Shown here in pieces: positions 32,487-40,216 of a stretch of DNA of 64,000 bases. The translations under genes were made by a program, and so were the position numbers. The stretch spans positions 128,001 to 192,000 of the IMG/VR virus record IMGVR_UViG_2974506496_000001. One strand, 5' to 3'. The stretch comes from a virus (Duplodnaviria; Caudoviricetes). Under the pieces are notes generated by a model, which made no database searches, was not told where the DNA came from, and saw only the letters and a list, made by a program, of their open reading frames with translations. Position 1 is the first letter of the stretch. Each line of letters opens with the position of its first letter.

Positions 32487-32912
32487 ATGACAGATCTCAA
32501 CAAAGACAACCTCATGAAACCCGGGGATGTGAAAGCCTTGTTTGCCAATAACGAGCATGTCAATCTCCCAACGTTAGTCAGTGAAGTCCGTGGACTGTTT
32601 ACCCTGTTATGCAATGAACCCGAGAATGCTCGCTTCTTGTGGTTTCCGGATCATGCTTCAGTGCTCTCCTGGGTGGGGCAGTTCAGCGTGCAGTTGAAAG
32701 TCTATTTCAGCGGTGAGATTGAAGTGAGCATCAATACCGAGCTGGGGGCGTCAGTGATTGGTCAGGAACGGGCGAATGCGTTGGTGTTTGTTGATCGCAT
32801 CTTACCCCTTACAGGTTACTACGCCAACATCACCCATTGGCCTGCCAAAGAGGGGCACGGTGAGATCATCCTGATCCAGTACTTACTGAAGGCGCCGTCT
32901 GCTGACGTGTAG
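32487..32912 (+). CDS. Hypothetical protein
   Basis: 141-aa ORF, AAGGA RBS. Confidence 0.65.
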   Translation: MTDLNKDNLMKPGDVKALFANNEHVNLPTLVSEVRGLFTLLCNEPENARFLWFPDHASVLSWVGQFSVQLKVYFSGEIEVSINTELGASVIGQERANALVFVDRILPLTGYYANITHWPAKEGHGEIILIQYLLKAPSADV

Positions 32913-32926
32913 GGTTATAACTATGG

Positions 32927-33322
32927 GTGATTCCGTCCTTGAGTCACACCACTCAACCTGCACACGGCCGAGACATACGCACTATGATAACACAACCCAA
33001 TGTCAGATTAACCCCCGAGGACACGCAATACCGAATCTACCTGGCAAATGACTTAGGTCTGGATTCCAGCCCGATGCTCCATCTGGAGTGGGAAAAAGGA
33101 CGTAATGAGTATTTAATTGGAGACCTCATCCTGGCGCGCCAAGGTGATCATTTTCTCCTGTCGATCAAAAGCTGTCGTCGTAAAACTGTCATCGCTTCTG
33201 CCAAAGTTTTAGATAACGGCTCAGTGGGCATTTATCTAAACCAGTGCTTTAGCAACATGGCCAACAAAGCAGAATTGGTGTTGAGTTTACGCGACGCTGT
33301 GACGCGATACCTCTACTGTTAG
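32927..33322 (+). CDS. Hypothetical protein
   Basis: ORF in operon; start uncertain. Confidence 0.55.
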   Translation: MIPSLSHTTQPAHGRDIRTMITQPNVRLTPEDTQYRIYLANDLGLDSSPMLHLEWEKGRNEYLIGDLILARQGDHFLLSIKSCRRKTVIASAKVLDNGSVGIYLNQCFSNMANKAELVLSLRDAVTRYLYC

Positions 33323-33416
33323 TCGTCGTATATCTTATGAAATAGACTCCTTCGCCCGCCTCCTTCTTCCTGAGGGTCGTGGGTTGAAGGGTCTATGCCG
33401 ATCGATATGTAATCTA

Positions 33417-33438
33417 ATAAATTTTGTATCTATATTAC
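33417..33438 (+). promoter_or_regulatory. Early promoter TATATTAC
   Basis: aaattttgtatctatattac; exact consensus at 33431-33438. Confidence 0.65.
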
Positions 33439-33511
33439 GAATAGGTAATTGTTGGCCAACAACATGACAGCATTTTTATGACTGTCTTATTAACCCCTCG
33501 GAGTTGCTTCT

Positions 33512-34057
33512 ATGATGAACGAAGATTTTGTCGGTACTGGTACGTATTACAAGACCGCTGTTGAACAACCAGCTGTACCGACCGTGCCAGTCAGTGATGC
33601 ACAGATCGTCGAGTCAAGCACCAAGTTTGAAGCATGGTTAGCCTCCGTGGGTTGGCCGGCATGCAAACGCCCGCGCAGCTACCCGGCGGTAGTGACTCTT
33701 TATAAAGGGAAGGCATCCACCTTTACTGCCATTGAGATCAATACCCGTACTCGCTACTACCTGGCGATCCAGCGCATCGCGGCAAACTATGCACACCTGG
33801 TCAAAGCCGAGCCGAACAAACGTCACCGGATCATCTTGCGGGGTTCATTACTGACCAGCCGTCTGGATGGACGGGTCGCAGTGGTACTGGCTGATCAAGA
33901 TGTCACTGACCTGGTCGTGGGTATCGCCTACAACAAAGTCAGTGTCGTGTTTAATCCACAATCGTTTATCAACGCCATAGAGGACATCGATAACAGCTTT
34001 CGCAATCAAAACAAATGGAGCTGGTCGATTGGGCTGGAGATTGTGACATCCCGTTAG
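33512..34057 (+). CDS. Hypothetical protein
   Basis: 181-aa ORF, GGAG RBS. Confidence 0.7.
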   Translation: MMNEDFVGTGTYYKTAVEQPAVPTVPVSDAQIVESSTKFEAWLASVGWPACKRPRSYPAVVTLYKGKASTFTAIEINTRTRYYLAIQRIAANYAHLVKAEPNKRHRIILRGSLLTSRLDGRVAVVLADQDVTDLVVGIAYNKVSVVFNPQSFINAIEDIDNSFRNQNKWSWSIGLEIVTSR

Positions 34058-34063
34058 TAGGAA

Positions 34064-34471
34064 TTGGTCATGGAACATTTAACTTTTGCTGATCTCACTG
34101 CTGATCAGTTTACTGCTTTACTTCAGACCGTTACACACCGTGTAACCATTCATTGTCCCGATAAATGGCTCTGGGTTGATTCATCTGCAAAGCAACCGCA
34201 ACTTGTGGTTTCTACGCGCTTTTCAGATAAACGCAATCCTTCGGGCTGGGCGCCCTACCTTACGCGACTCAATCTTCCTTCAGATGTCGAGGTGACATCA
34301 GTGTCTGTCCTTTGGATAGAGAAGGCAGATTGGTTCTTGTATGAAGTAACTGGGGTTGATGCGCAGGGGAGCTTGTGCCATCAGTTTATCAAAGCTACAG
34401 TGCAAGGGGAAAAGAAATACAAAACCCACGCACTGTGTCTCTATCGGGATCGTCTCACATTACAGGAGTAA
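34064..34471 (+). CDS. Hypothetical protein
   Basis: ORF in operon; probable ATG at 34070. Confidence 0.6.
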   Translation: MVMEHLTFADLTADQFTALLQTVTHRVTIHCPDKWLWVDSSAKQPQLVVSTRFSDKRNPSGWAPYLTRLNLPSDVEVTSVSVLWIEKADWFLYEVTGVDAQGSLCHQFIKATVQGEKKYKTHALCLYRDRLTLQE

Positions 34472-34476
34472 ACCTC

Positions 34477-34749
34477 ATGAAACTAACTTTATGCCAGGCC
34501 AACGGGTATTCATTGATTCACCCAGCGTACCACAGTCACACCCCGAAGAACAACGTCGTGTTGGCGGAGGGGAAGTTATCCTTTAAAGACAACCGCTGTT
34601 TCCTCGGCACCAAAGAGATCGGTCATGTGCTGGCGAACGGCAACGTACAGTTGAACACCGATGTGGTGCTGCCTACCCTCGGCTTTGTCACTGGGTTGCG
34701 TAACCAGATCCGCTTCCTGCACAAAACCATTGCCCGTCAGCTTCATTAA
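34477..34749 (+). CDS. Hypothetical protein (90 aa, MKLTLCQ...)
   Basis: AGGAG RBS before the ATG at 34477; followed by a hairpin and T-run. Confidence 0.6.
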   Translation: MKLTLCQANGYSLIHPAYHSHTPKNNVVLAEGKLSFKDNRCFLGTKEIGHVLANGNVQLNTDVVLPTLGFVTGLRNQIRFLHKTIARQLH

Positions 34750-34961
34750 GGTCACAGGGGGGTAGTTGGACTACCCCCTCGCCTTTGTGCTCTTTTTTTT
34801 GTATTTAATTACACAAGAGAGCATCGTATGTAGGTCAGTCGTGACCACCAATAGTGACAACAACTAAATTAAGTTCACCAGTACTCTTGGCGGGGGATGT
34901 GTCAGTAACGGTACGCACCCCCGTTCCTTTTTTTTTTTATACCGCACCCAAATTCCCGAAC

Positions 34962-35065
34962 AGGTTGAGCAGATCACCCAGGTCACGTTGTCCTAGCAAC
35001 GTACTTACGGCGCCCGTCGTATCAGACACCCCCTGCGTCTAAGTTTGACCCGATCTGCTCGACCT
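34962..35065 (+). ncRNA. Candidate structured RNA / 5' leader (multibranch)
   Basis: 14-bp closing helix aggttgagcagatc/gatctgctcgacct, inner helix ggtca/tgacc and three inner hairpins. Confidence 0.45.
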
Positions 35066-35097
35066 TCCTTATCTACCACTACCCTAAGGAACCTGCT

Positions 35098-35418
35098 GTG
35101 AGCGATGATATCAAAGTAACCAAACAACTGACCGTGTCCGCCCCTGAGCACGGCATCAAGGTACAGATCGACGCCCTGGCATTAAAGGACGATGAACACG
35201 CCGATCCTGAGCAGTACCGGATCATCTCAACCGCGATCGCTGAAACTGGTGGTGAGCCGTTGACGGAAGGTGAGTTCAATGATTTCCGTCGTTATGACGA
35301 AGAAGGTCGTCTGCTGTTCTCCTTCTTCCCGGCCAGTGGCATCCTTGAGATTGCCCACGGCTACGACAACGAGATCAACCTGACTGTGGTTGTTACCCTG
35401 CGTGAAGTCGCCGCGTAA
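35098..35418 (+). CDS. Hypothetical acidic protein
   Basis: TAAGGA RBS, GTG start. Confidence 0.65.
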   Translation: MSDDIKVTKQLTVSAPEHGIKVQIDALALKDDEHADPEQYRIISTAIAETGGEPLTEGEFNDFRRYDEEGRLLFSFFPASGILEIAHGYDNEINLTVVVTLREVAA

Positions 35419-35529
35419 TGCCTTGCTCAGGTTTAGGGGTGCGGCATAACAGCCGCACTATCTCCGTACGGGAGAAACGACGCCGTACTGCGCTCTATCG
35501 TGCCTTAGCTAAAGCTAGAGAGGTGTGCG

Positions 35530-35769
35530 GTGGAGCGAACTGAACTTATGGCCGGCGGGGAATACACCCACTATAAAGGCGGTTGCTACAAGGTTGTTGG
35601 GTTTACGAACCTGCATGCAAAAGACAACCCGCAGTTTATCCCGCAAGTGGTGTATCACTCGATCAGTCCGAACGACCCCAATAACTGGTACTCGCGTCCA
35701 CTGAGTGAGTTCCTGGAAAAGTTCAGGCCAATTACGCCTGAAGATGTGAAGGCCGACATCGGTCTTTAA
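35530..35769 (+). CDS. DUF1653-like small protein
   Basis: GEYTHYKGGCYKVVG...VVYHS...WYSRPLSEFLEKF signature. Confidence 0.75.
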   Translation: MERTELMAGGEYTHYKGGCYKVVGFTNLHAKDNPQFIPQVVYHSISPNDPNNWYSRPLSEFLEKFRPITPEDVKADIGL

Positions 35770-35844
35770 GCACGACCCGGCTTACGAGCCACGGTGTTAC
35801 GACACCACCTTTAACTACTACTCTTAACTACTAAGGAATGACTA

Positions 35845-36984
35845 ATGTCCATGATCGTGAAAATCACCTCGGGTGAAGATAAAGCTGACAACAATGTGAG
35901 CAAAGGGTTTGAACTGATCCCAGTAGCGGCCGGTATGCGCACTGCCTTTGAGCGCGATGAACAATCCCGCGCCTGGTTTAAGTTGTTCAATACGGATGCA
36001 GAAGGTATTGAACAGCAACTGCTCACCCGTCAGGTACTGGGTAACGTCTATGTGATGGAAGCCGGTAAGACTATCGCCAGTTTCTCCTCGGCCGATATCA
36101 GTGATATCCGGACGTCAGCAGAAGGCACCGTGTTCTTGAGCAGCCCTGCCAACGGTATCAGTAACCAACCTTATACCGAGCCTGCTATCTCTGAGCTCAA
36201 CGTACTGGGGTATAATGACCGCCTGCACGACTATACCGAGCTGCCTTTCATCACCTCAGAAGAAGTGAATGATGCCCGGGTGTTTAAGTTTCACGCCAAC
36301 TCAGAGCCAGAAGTCTGGTATGTCAATGCCGATAAAGAGTGGCAGCTGCATGAGCAGGCAACACTCAACCATCGTCAGTCTGGCGCAGCAACCAGTGAGC
36401 GCGTAGATGTCGAGGAGTTTGCCAAGGAGCTCGCCCTGGCCGTATTTGACAGTGCCGATGTTTCAGCCAGCAATGATAACATGATGTTTATCAAAACGTT
36501 GGCGGCGACGGTGATGACTGCGCACGAGAAGAACGTCACTGACTACATGGGCCTGGAATTGTTGTCAATCATTCGAGTGCCATTCTCGCGCTTAAAAACG
36601 CTGGAAGAGTATCTGCGCGTGTGCAAGTATCCGGTGCTGTGTAAGTTCGCCACTGAAGGTACACGTATTGTGAGTTACCATGTGCGGGCGTATGAGCCAA
36701 TCAATGACATCCTGCCTGGTACCGAGCTTCTGCTCCAACGTCTCAAAAGCGAACAGAAAGGCCTGGTAAAGAACCTGGTTGATAAGATCGTTAAGTACTA
36801 CCGTGCGGATTGCACCGTCGTACCGGTCGAGCCCAACCTGGTTTTTGAGTCCTTCGAGGAGCGGGCGCTGTCTGATGAATTCAGACGACTGCTTAAAATC
36901 CAGCTGGACTTCATCATGAACGATGACGGTCACTGCCATACCGCAGTGATCAGTTATCCGAGTATCATCCGTATGGGTGAGTAG
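35845..36984 (+). CDS. Hypothetical protein
   Basis: 379-aa ORF, TAAGGA RBS. Confidence 0.7.
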   Translation: MSMIVKITSGEDKADNNVSKGFELIPVAAGMRTAFERDEQSRAWFKLFNTDAEGIEQQLLTRQVLGNVYVMEAGKTIASFSSADISDIRTSAEGTVFLSSPANGISNQPYTEPAISELNVLGYNDRLHDYTELPFITSEEVNDARVFKFHANSEPEVWYVNADKEWQLHEQATLNHRQSGAATSERVDVEEFAKELALAVFDSADVSASNDNMMFIKTLAATVMTAHEKNVTDYMGLELLSIIRVPFSRLKTLEEYLRVCKYPVLCKFATEGTRIVSYHVRAYEPINDILPGTELLLQRLKSEQKGLVKNLVDKIVKYYRADCTVVPVEPNLVFESFEERALSDEFRRLLKIQLDFIMNDDGHCHTAVISYPSIIRMGE

Positions 36985-37027
36985 CAGGTATTTGTAAATA
37001 AATACTAGATACCTGCTATTACTATGT

Positions 37028-37180
37028 AAACTACGACGCTCCGAAAATCCCCCAAGATAAAGGAGTCATAACCTCTCCGTTATGCGCCTCGTAGTTTTCT
37101 TTTGAGACAGGCAAGGACGTCGACTGGGTTCAGCTGATACTGTAAAGTGTTGCTGTGTGTACCCGGTCCCTTGCCGTCTC
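37028..37180 (+). ncRNA. Candidate structured RNA(s) at the start of the RNA island
   Basis: aaactacga/tcgtagttt (37028-37097) and a long hairpin gagac-a-ggcaagg/ccttgcc-gtctc (37104-37180), each followed by T-runs. Confidence 0.4.
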
Positions 37181-37407
37181 CTTTTTCTCGATTTGTGCGA
37201 TTCTCTTCCAGGCTGTTCTTACCTGATCTCGTGTCAGGAAACAGATCGAAGACAGACATGCGAATCAACTTTGGTAGTGCCTACTATATACACACTTAGC
37301 TGTAAATTTTACTCAAAAGCAATATTAAGGATGACCCATGGACAAGCAGAGAGAAGATTCTATCGTTGAGATGATGACACTCGCTCAGCGATTAAATAAC
37401 TTAGTCG

Positions 37408-37659
37408 TTGGAATGCAAGTCCGCAAAGCCCAGTTAACGTCAGGTTCCGCCAAAGTCGTCGCTGATGCAATCAGCAAAGCGAATGTGAAACCTGAGGATC
37501 ACTGAGGTAGCCGTAAACGTAGTGGGTATGGCGGGGATCAATGATAGCCCTGCTCGGTGAGTTTGTTAATCCCCGCCGTATCGCTTCGTAGAACACAGGG
37601 TCACTCATGACGTGGGGAGTGGCATAAACACCTGGGGTAGAAGTCCCAACTGCATCCAA
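37408..37659 (+). ncRNA. Candidate ~250-nt structured RNA immediately 5' of tRNA-Asn
   Basis: Terminal helix ttggaatgca/tgcatccaa; inner helices tcaggtt/aacctga, gctgat/atcagc and 12-bp tatggcggggat/atccccgccgta. Confidence 0.5.
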
Positions 37660-37665
37660 AATTCT

Positions 37666-37741
37666 TGGTCTATAGTTCAGTCGGTAGAACAGCGGACTGT
37701 TAATCCGTAGGTCGCTGGTTCGAATCCAGCTAGACCAGCCA
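37666..37741 (+). tRNA. trnN: tRNA-Asn (GUU)
   Basis: Full cloverleaf: tggtcta/tagacca acceptor, gttc/gaac D arm, gcgga-ctGTTaa-tccgt, gctgg-ttcgaat-ccagc, encoded CCA. Confidence 0.97.
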
Positions 37742-37746
37742 AACAA

Positions 37747-37891
37747 TGACGCCCGTCACAGCCGCTTAAGCGCGCAGAAGATGACTTGTGTGCTCTGTGG
37801 CGATACTCGGACTTGCCAGCCTGTGGGGGCGGAGTAAAGTCTGGGTATTAGCCCGCTGCCATGTTACCACGTGAAAGTCGTGGGGGCGTCA
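37747..37891 (+). ncRNA. Candidate ~145-nt four-helix RNA immediately 3' of tRNA-Asn
   Basis: tgacgccc/gggcgtca closing stem; gtcacag/ctgtggc; atactcggactt/aagtctgggtat; ccacg-tgaaagt-cgtgg. Confidence 0.55.
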
Positions 37892-37973
37892 CCCTATTAG
37901 ATCGATCGCTGACAGTACGTGTTTATACTTACTTGCTTCTCTGGTTACGCTAACCTATCGTGAGGAGATAAAC

Positions 37974-38270
37974 ATGAATCTGTATATAGTCAAACGTGAT
38001 GATAGAGCTGTGGATTTCGAACAGTGTGCGGGGATGGTGGTTGCTGCGTCGTCTGAGGATGAAGCTTTGCGATTGCACCCGATGGTTCTTGACTCTAGCC
38101 ACCCAGACAATGCTGAGCGGCACCTGGCTGAATCGGCGGAGAACTTCGAGGATGGTACGTTGTACGGCTGGCCTAGCCAGGACCGTTTTCACGAACTGAC
38201 CATCACCTTGATAGGAACCACACACCTGACTATTCCGCAAGTTCTGTTACTCGACTATAAAGGCGGTTGA
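37974..38270 (+). CDS. Hypothetical phage protein
   Basis: GAGGA RBS; MNLY...VVAASSEDEA pattern common in small phage proteins. Confidence 0.7.
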   Translation: MNLYIVKRDDRAVDFEQCAGMVVAASSEDEALRLHPMVLDSSHPDNAERHLAESAENFEDGTLYGWPSQDRFHELTITLIGTTHLTIPQVLLLDYKGG

Positions 38271-38389
38271 TCTAAGTCCGGGGTAACACCCGGACACCCT
38301 ATTCTGTTTTTCAGTACATCACTGGAAGATACTATCGAGAGCAGCCACTCCGATACTCTAATTTATAAAGTTTAAAAAGGATAATAACG

Positions 38390-39043
38390 ATGTCAACCGA
38401 AATGACCATTTCTCGTGCACTGGCTACAGTGAAGTCTTTGAATGTCCGCATCAAAGATATCTCTAAAAAGCAGGTGCTGATTCTGCCAACTGCCGGCACC
38501 GGCGACATGCAAGCGGTGATCAACAACAGCATCACTGTTACCGATGCTGAAGCCGCCATCCAGAATAACTGGAATGCGCTGAACGACATGATCAAAGTGC
38601 GTAACGATATTCGTGCGAAGATCATCCTGTCGAACGCCACAACCAAAGTGACTATCGCCGGTAAAGAATACACCATTGTTGAGGCATTGGACTTCCGCAA
38701 CTCCCTGGTCGAAAAGAAAGACACGGTTGAGTGCCTGAAGCGCAACTACGACTCCACAATGAAAGTTCACCGCCAGCAGGGCGACATCTACGAAAAGCGT
38801 TTAAGCGATGTGCGCTCCGAAGCCCTGGCCTCCGGCAAGAAGTTTGATGAAGCCAGCTTGAAGACCTTCACCGATCCAATCGATGTGAAGATGAAACCAG
38901 GCCTGATCGATCCTCTGGGTATCTCAGCAGTTATTGAGAAGCTGGACAAAGAGATCGCTGACTTCGAACTTAACGCCGACTACGCGTTGTCCGAATCTAA
39001 CGCAACGACCAAGATCACTGTTGAACTTGGTAACATTGCTTAA
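38390..39043 (+). CDS. Coiled-coil protein, DIP1984/septicolysin-like, directly upstream of a large ncRNA
   Basis: MTISRAL..K.L..RI, SNATTKVTIAGKEYTIVEAL, IDPL.I...IEKL..EI..FE...DYALSESNATT; family assigned from motif recall only. Confidence 0.65.
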   Translation: MSTEMTISRALATVKSLNVRIKDISKKQVLILPTAGTGDMQAVINNSITVTDAEAAIQNNWNALNDMIKVRNDIRAKIILSNATTKVTIAGKEYTIVEALDFRNSLVEKKDTVECLKRNYDSTMKVHRQQGDIYEKRLSDVRSEALASGKKFDEASLKTFTDPIDVKMKPGLIDPLGISAVIEKLDKEIADFELNADYALSESNATTKITVELGNIA

Positions 39044-39139
39044 CCCGTATTAAAAGGCTTGTCTTCGTTTGACGAAAGATCAAACACCGCCTTCCTATTT
39101 GGCCGGATGGAAGTAAAATAACCGGCCAGCCATTATACA

Positions 39140-39205
39140 TCTGTAGGTCGCAGGTTCGATTCCTGTCGGGGTGAAACCCGTAGCTCAGTCGGTTAGAGCA
39201 GCAGA
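39140..39205 (+). ncRNA. Circularly permuted tRNA-like domain (T arm, looped acceptor, D arm)
   Basis: tctgt-aggtc-gcagg ttcgatt cctgt-cggg gtgaaa cccg-ta-gctc agtcggtta gagc-a-gcaga. Confidence 0.85.
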
Positions 39206-39278
39206 ACAACTGCTTATGCTAAAAGCAATGATCTTTGGGATCATCAATGGTGTACTGTGAGCACCTTGAAATCACAGG

Positions 39279-39402
39279 TCTAAAGCTTAAAGCTATAACG
39301 TATAATGACTAAAGCTCTAAAGGTTTAAACTTATAACGTTAAAAAGATCTACACTCCCTGATGACTGTGTTCGTCGGGCTATAACGCTAAAACCTTTTAA
39401 AC
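39279..39402 (+). repeat. Degenerate 7-8-nt tandem repeat (YTAAAGC / TATAACG-like)
   Basis: tctaaagc ttaaagc tataacg tataatg actaaagc tctaaagg tttaaac ttataacg ttaaaaag, a hairpin, then ctataacg ctaaaacc ttttaaac. Confidence 0.7.
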
Positions 39403-39517
39403 AAATCCTGGGTATTCCTCCGCTGTGAGGATGGGTAATGTGGAGTGTGGTCTGCCACGTATCGCCGCCAGGCTGTCTTGCGGAGACAAGTCTTTCCCTT
39501 TTGCAATAGGTGACCTA

Positions 39518-39688
39518 ATGACAGGCACTGCCTTAATGATCATTGAGCAACCACAACTGGAATTCAATATCCCGTTGAGGTCGCCTTATCCTACCCTTCA
39601 TGACGTAAGGTTTTCTATGTTCCCTGTTATGGCTGAGCCTGAGAACGAAGGGTTTGAACAAGATTCAGAAACTGACGCATTACATTGA
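39518..39688 (+). CDS. Possible small acidic protein (56 aa)
   Basis: AGGTGA RBS before the ATG at 39518; short, so uncertain. Confidence 0.35.
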   Translation: MTGTALMIIEQPQLEFNIPLRSPYPTLHDVRFSMFPVMAEPENEGFEQDSETDALH

Positions 39689-40106
39689 GGAGATTCAATC
39701 GCGCAGGTTCTTAACCGACTAAAGCCAGGGTGACTTGTGTTATCTTGGTAACAGGTGAACGCGTCGTTACAGCGCATACGACTGAATGGGCCGATCCCCC
39801 CTTCGGAGTAATATTAGCCCAGATCCATTGCACACCAATAAGTCAATGGCTAGCCAGACACACAAAAAACTATTATGCTTCGACAGATGGTAGGTGCCTG
39901 ATTACTACAATTCGATTCGATACCTCAACTAAAAGGCGGACACAAGGGCCGTTATGAGTGAAGCACCAGGAAACTATACCTTGGTAAGGCCCCAGGCTTT
40001 TTATCCTTACCAAGGTTCTCTTTCTTTTACTACCTGATAATGGGTGGATGCCTTAGTCACCTTTCTTTCACAGAGGCAACAACCTAAGGCGTCTGCCCGC
40101 CCTATA

Positions 40107-40216
40107 ACCCGAGTCGTCTAGCGACAAGACACCGTCAGACCCATTTGGTAACAGCCTAACTTACCTGTTACCCAACCTATGACGGAAACAGGTGGTTCAA
40201 CTCCACCTCTTGGGTC
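40107..40216 (+). ncRNA. tRNA-like element with a 42-nt insert replacing the anticodon loop
   Basis: acccgag/cttgggt acceptor, gtct/agac D arm, ccgtca/tgacgg stem, aggtgg-ttcaact-ccacct T arm; no CCA. Confidence 0.65.

Larger units (their letters stand above)
39053..39495 (+). ncRNA. ~440-nt structured ncRNA with a Y-RNA-like tRNA-mimic domain
   Basis: 16-bp terminal helix 39053-39068/39480-39495 (three G-U pairs), GACGAAAG next to it, internal permuted tRNA fold, repeat tract, 3' T-run. Confidence 0.75.

Noticed and set aside
37460-37500. Group I intron or RNase P RNA (aatcagca, aagtcc resemblance)
   Set aside because: The remaining conserved core elements (P7 R/S sequences, or GAGGAAAGUCC and the 3' P4 strand) could not be found.
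37080-37746. Short ORFs in the RNA island (37080..37268, 37157..37369, 37471..37746, also 39015..39209, 40257..40475, 40611..40829)
   Set aside because: They lack RBS, have atypical composition, and overlap the tRNA or strongly paired RNA structures.
39140-39205. Functional permuted tRNA gene that is spliced into a real tRNA
   Set aside because: The acceptor stem is only 4-5 bp, with no CCA and no anticodon loop to reconstitute, so it is treated as a mimic.
39356-39378. Second CUGAUGA (possible hammerhead core)
   Set aside because: No stem II followed by GAAA and no matching stems I/III; the sequence instead forms a simple hairpin cctgatga/tcgtcggg.
39279-39402. CRISPR array
   Set aside because: Units are 7-8 nt and degenerate, with no spacers and no cas genes.
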